The notes under the pieces: generated by a model
The model's database searches: none
What the model saw: the letters and a program-made list of their open reading frames with translations, nothing else
What the model was told of the DNA's origin: nothing
Assembly: GCA_964016885.1 (NCBI GenBank)
Contig: OZ024745.1
Span: forward strand, 55,180,001 to 55,244,000
Reading direction: 5' to 3'
Origin: Eledone cirrhosa
Lineage: Eukaryota
DNA length: 64,000 nucleotides
Position numbers and translations under genes: made by a program
Shown: in pieces, positions 58,719 through 64,000 of the stretch
Position numbering within the stretch: position 1 is the first letter of the stretch
Layout: each line of letters opens with the position of its first letter

Positions 58719-60442
58719 ATTGATATAAGTAAGAGATTGCTTAATAAATGAGGAAATTGCATTTCAGAAATGATATTTGTTTAACTTCAATTTCACGAAG
58801 GATATTTAACTGAGAATTTTTCTGTCCATCAAATAATATTTTCTATACATTTATCTGACAACAACCAACTCTATGTTTAATATGATTATCTGAGAATATA
58901 TTGTTAACATCTCTGAAACATTTGATGGAGCAGAAATATGACTATACGTCCTGTAGGAAGTATAAGAATATTGTTTTCTCATCCTGTTTTGCTGTATATG
59001 TATTGTACTCAGATTATTAATACATATCTAGCGTTATAATTTTCACTATGATTTTTATTTGATTGAATGCTCTGTATGTGATTATATTGGTAAATAATTA
59101 TTTAAAAAATGAAAAAGGTATCTAAGGACGAAATTTATTTTCCTTAAAATGTTTAACATAATGTAAGTCGTAATTATAGTTAAATGCAAAATGTTTTAAT
59201 TTTATAATCGATAACTTATGTCGATTCCTCACTTTAAATCCCTGAATTTATAAGGATATGAACTTTCTTATTTCTACTTTACATTTTTACATCTAATAAC
59301 AATTATAAAAAATATATAGATTTCGGCCCTTCTATAGTAGGCCGTCAAATAAATGTCCATACAAATTATTATCTAGACGAACACTCGCAAAATCGTTGTC
59401 GAAATAATACAATGGTTATTATTAACATATGACCTATAATACAGAAAAAATATAGCATTTATTTTATCTTAAGTGTCAAATAGTTTGAAGTAATATAAAG
59501 GGAGAAGCAAATATTCTTTATATTCTACACGTAGAATCAAATTTTCACTGTAATAATGGCTTCCAGTGTTATTCTTCGGTCAGTGAACTACACATCAAAT
59601 TCTCATATGACCTACGCTGTAACAGGGAATTCATATAAACACAAGTAACAAACATATATACATTTAAAAAAGCAAAACAAAATGTTCCATGACGCCTGAA
59701 AAGTTAATGTCTTTTATTGGGTCCAAATAATCTTTTCAAACAAAGTGTATTTTCTGTAAGAGACTTATAGCTCCAAATAAGATTCAATAAAATATCAATA
59801 CAATCGTTTCTGACAGCGAACTGTCACCTTAACAATCTTCCAATTAGAGATGAATGTATACAATTCATAAACGTTGTAACACACTACATCAAAACTTTCG
59901 TTTAGGGAACGACGAAATACTCCGACCTATATAATTGTTATCACATAAAAAAATGTTTTAAGAAATTGTTTCTGGTGAAGTACGACGCGTCGTTTTCAAA
60001 TTAAGTTCAAGTCTTATTAATGCTACATTTATTGATGAGTAATTCTTAGATTTATTTTTAATTTTATATGATAATATTATTCCACGTATATGATTCACAA
60101 TACATATCAAGAATGAGATAGATGTTTACAAAATGGATTAGAACTGTTTACAGGGAGACGTATTTGCAGCAATCAATAGGAATATTTTAAAGTCAAAATA
60201 ATCGGTTTACATACGGTACAATTCCAGCAGCTTCAGTAACTAAAAACAGGCACCAGTCATGCGTAAGCACAAATGTATCTATACATATACAGGTTTTCAA
60301 CAGAAATGTATATATATATTTAATAAAATAACAGATTAAAGTTTAAGCAAAGAATCGCAGCTTTCTAGGGTTCTTATATATTTGATATATATTTATCCTT
60401 ATCAAGCCCTCTTTGGATTTTAGTCTTCAAATTTATTATTAT

Positions 60443-60494
<52 letters not shown>

Positions 60495-60496
<2 letters not shown>

Positions 60497-60890
60497 CACT
60501 TCCACTCACTCACTCTCTGCTTCTTCCCTTCTTACTTCCTCCCGTTTGGCCTGTAGTGGGGTCTTTTCCTGCTCACACCTCACTCGCGTCGGACGGTCTG
60601 TAGTCTCACGCCCATAAAATCCACACAACTAAAGCTGATCGGACTGCCATGTGCTTGTTTTTTCCTATCTTTGCGTTGCTATCCTTCTATGTTTGTTTAC
60701 TTGTCTCGCTCGCTTTACGCGATTTACTTGTCCCAATAGCTGTATTTAACTATTGCTCGCACCAACTGGAGGTATATGATTTTTAAAGCGATGAAATACC
60801 AATGAAGGTTGGGAAATCACTGATGAAGGACTATTTTTATCATATGTAACCCATGTGCAACCAGGCAGTCTTCTTTCTTCTCATGTTTTA
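60495..60890 (+). mobile_element. Family D copy in (TA)n
   Basis: Homology with 7086-7700 (reverse complement) and 55230-55415. Confidence 0.7.
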
Positions 60891-60916
60891 TATATATATA
60901 TATATATATATACATA

Positions 60917-62340
60917 TAGGAACAAGTATGACCCCGACGACAGAGCTCAAGCCGTTTCGACGGCTATTCCTGCACTAAATAAGAATTTTTAGCCTGGTAA
61001 ATAAATAGCCGAACTTCTCAGGGGGTATTTCCTTATATGGGAAAATAGTAATTGTCAAGAGGACTGGTAAAAAATTTGGTGTAAAGACAGATAAATCTAT
61101 CATGGCATTTGGTGGGAGGTAGGGGTGGTTGAACTTGCAGGTAGAACAAAGAGGGAGTGGGGGAAACCTAGTCAAGCGTTGAAAGTGAAATCTATACAGC
61201 AGATTCTAAGGATAATGTATAAAAGGTTAAAAAAGTGTACTGGAGAAGAGGAGGGTGTGGAGTTGAAAGAATAGGTAAATCGAAAGGGAGCAAAAAAAAA
61301 ACCCATTAAAAGAATAAGGAAATAAATATATAAAAACAATTTCTGGTTACTACTCCATTTCTACAATCACCAAATTTCTCATTGGTATTGCTAAGCTCTA
61401 GAAAAGTTTAATAGGTGCAGAATGGTAAAAATACTAAATACGAGATTGTAGTGAACATTTTTTATAAAGCCGGCTTTACAGGGATCTAACACCACTGCTA
61501 TACATAGTTAGTAATCAGCCAATACTATTTTACAATGACAGGTTAATAAGTTGAGAACGAAAATACTAAAGTACTACTACAGAGATACTAATACAAAATA
61601 TTAATACAAAAATACTATTACAAAAATACTAATTAAAAAATACTATATCCCCCCCCCCCCCATCTGTTCCTAGTCCTTCCACCCCAAATCTCCTTCCTCA
61701 GTCTTTTTTTCACCTTTCGGCTACCCAGATACAGCCTATCGGTCCTCTGTAGCCTCAGTACCCCCTCCTCCCTAATTTTAAGATAGCATTTGCCGATTAC
61801 GCTTTTTATAGCAGATGTGTTTTTGTATTAATATGTTGTATTAGTATCTCTGTAGTAGTCTTTTAGTATTTTCGTTTTTTTTTTACTCCCTTTCGATTTA
61901 CCTATTCTTTCAACCCCCTCCTCTTCTCCAGTACACTTTTTTCGACCTTTTATACATTATCCTTAGAATCTGCTGTATAGATAGATTTCACCTTCAACGC
62001 TTGACTAGGTTTTTACCCACAACCTCTTTGTTCTACCGGCAAGTTCAGCCACCCTTACCTCCCACCAAATGCCATGATAGATTTATCTGTCTTTACAACA
62101 AATTTTTGACCAATCCTCTTAACAATTACTATCTTTCCATATAAGGAAATACCCCCTGAGAAGTTCGGCTATTTATTTACCAGACTAAAAATTCTTATTT
62201 AGTCCAGAAATAGTCGTCAAAACGGCTTGAGCTCTACCGTCGGGGTCATTCTTGTTCCTATTACCCACTCTACTACCCTAAGTATTAGTACTTTGGTGCG
62301 TTATGGTCCATCTGGTTCCTTACCACAATTCCTTAGTTAT
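60917..62340. mobile_element. Family E large palindrome: left arm 60917-61610, right arm 61820-62260 (lacking the equivalent of about 61300-61556), right tail 62261-62340
   Basis: Reverse-complement arms; HHR-like cccc-TGAGAA..cggctatt..aatagccg-tc-GAAA-cggc; (TA)n both sides. Confidence 0.88.
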
Positions 62341-62343
62341 ATA

Positions 62344-62489
<146 letters not shown>

Positions 62490-62545
62490 GAAAGCAGCGA
62501 TTCTTTGCTTAAACATTAATCTGTTATTTTAATAAATATATATAC

Positions 62546-62576
<31 letters not shown>

Positions 62577-62662
62577 TATATGTATATATGTATATATATA
62601 TATATATGTATATATATATGTATATATATATGTATATATGTATATATATATGTATATCAATC

Positions 62663-62700
<38 letters not shown>

Positions 62701-62793
62701 GTAATAATAATAAATTTCAAGACTAAAATCCAAATATTTATATATATTATTATATATATTATTATATATATTATTATATATATATATTATATA

Positions 62794-62893
<100 letters not shown>

Positions 62894-62984
62894 ATATGTA
62901 TGTATATATATATATATATACGTATATATATACGTATATATATATACGTATATATATATATATATGTTATGTATATATATATAG

Positions 62985-64000
62985 AACTGGTTACACAACA
63001 GTAAGTTCATCATACCGAGAACAATTGTTTCACCTTAGCGGATCCTCAGCTCGTAATGGACATGGTTATAAGGAACAGGAAGGACAACCGTACGAACGCG
63101 CATGCGCAGAAACGACCACTTCCCTCATGCAATACTAAATTGCGTGCGAGGGGTGTAAGGGCGATAACTGCGAAAGTCCGAAAGATTCAAGTTGATATGA
63201 AAATTAGGATGTTGTTGTAATTCACTCCAGAGCTTTATAGTTATGTAAGAGGTGTTTCCAGACGTGTGGACAACGTGTGGAGAATTCATTTCTTGCGTTT
63301 AGGCAATGGCTTTTGTTTTATTTGTTCGTTCATCAATACATAGTCCACACGACGGATTGCCCCTTGCATATGGCTTGGACTTAGTGATGGCTTTCCATCG
63401 AATGGAATCGTCTATACTTGAGTCCTTGAGAGACCATAAGTGGTTCGCGAGTTTCGTGGTCGACTGGTGAATAAGGAAGCGTTCTTTAAATCGGCCCTCC
63501 GCTGTACCCACATAGGATTTGACCTACTGTGGTTGATTTGGTCGGTTGGAAGTGACCACAGCTTCATAAACTACAGCGGGTGTGTTGCATTGCTGTTGAA
63601 GGTGACAAACTTCGGGCTGACGGCAAGAGCACCCTGGTGGGGTGTTGCTCTTAGGGCTGTTGGTGATGTGCACCTTCATGTTCTTAGCGCAGGAGTATCC
63701 TAGTTTTACTTGGTGCCGGTAAAGATGGAGTGGTATTTATGACCTATGGGAAAGGGTCTATCTAAGAGGGCTAGAAATGTTTTGCCTACATTGGTTTTAA
63801 CGTTGAATGAGAATGAAGGAGAGAACCAGATAGTTTGTCTATTGTTACGCTTTGTTTTCTTATTACTGTTGTTGTTAGTGGGAGAGTAAATGATAGGTTT
63901 CGAGAAGCCGCTGTTAGCTAACGCCGTGTTACAGTAGGGTGACGCTCTGTCAAAGATAGCCTTATTAGAAGGGACGTTTGAGATTCTAGTACTGATATTA
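62985..64000 (-). mobile_element. PLE-4: decayed PLE 3' half (RT thumb, GIY-YIG, HHR), continuing past the window end
   Basis: TRISN..SNKAIFD..ALANSGF; TIWFSPSFSFNVKTNVGKTFL; VVYEAVV..YVGTAEGRFKERF..H; TKLANHLWSLK..IRW..CGLCIDE. Confidence 0.88.
63016..63053 (-). ncRNA. Minimal type I hammerhead ribozyme (family G)
   Basis: cgag-CTGAGGA-tcc gctaa ggt-GAAA-caattg-TT-ctcg. Confidence 0.78.

Overview
AT-rich animal genomic DNA with no confidently identifiable host gene. A tRNA-derived SINE at 58532-58718 resembles abundant octopus SINEs, so a cephalopod origin is inferred but unverified. The window is a dense patchwork of (TA)n/(CA)n/(GA)n microsatellites with mobile elements inserted into them: at least seven Penelope-like retroelement (PLE; RT + C-terminal GIY-YIG) copies or fragments, an internally deleted Helitron (PIF1 helicase) plus a mini-Helitron, LINE remnants (RTE-like, CRE-like, R4-like) and SINEs. 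The dominant structure is a recurrent architecture seen about a dozen times, from about 0.11 kb to 4.4 kb and in several unrelated sequence families. Each is a head-to-head inverted pair of PLE 3' ends facing outward, mostly into (TA)n. Usually each arm carries a minimal hammerhead ribozyme (HHR) motif, one arm has an extra terminal 'tail', and the other stops at a fixed internal TA. Around 47.3-54.3 kb these palindromes are nested. All alignments and RNA structures were read by eye, and boundaries are approximate to a few bases.
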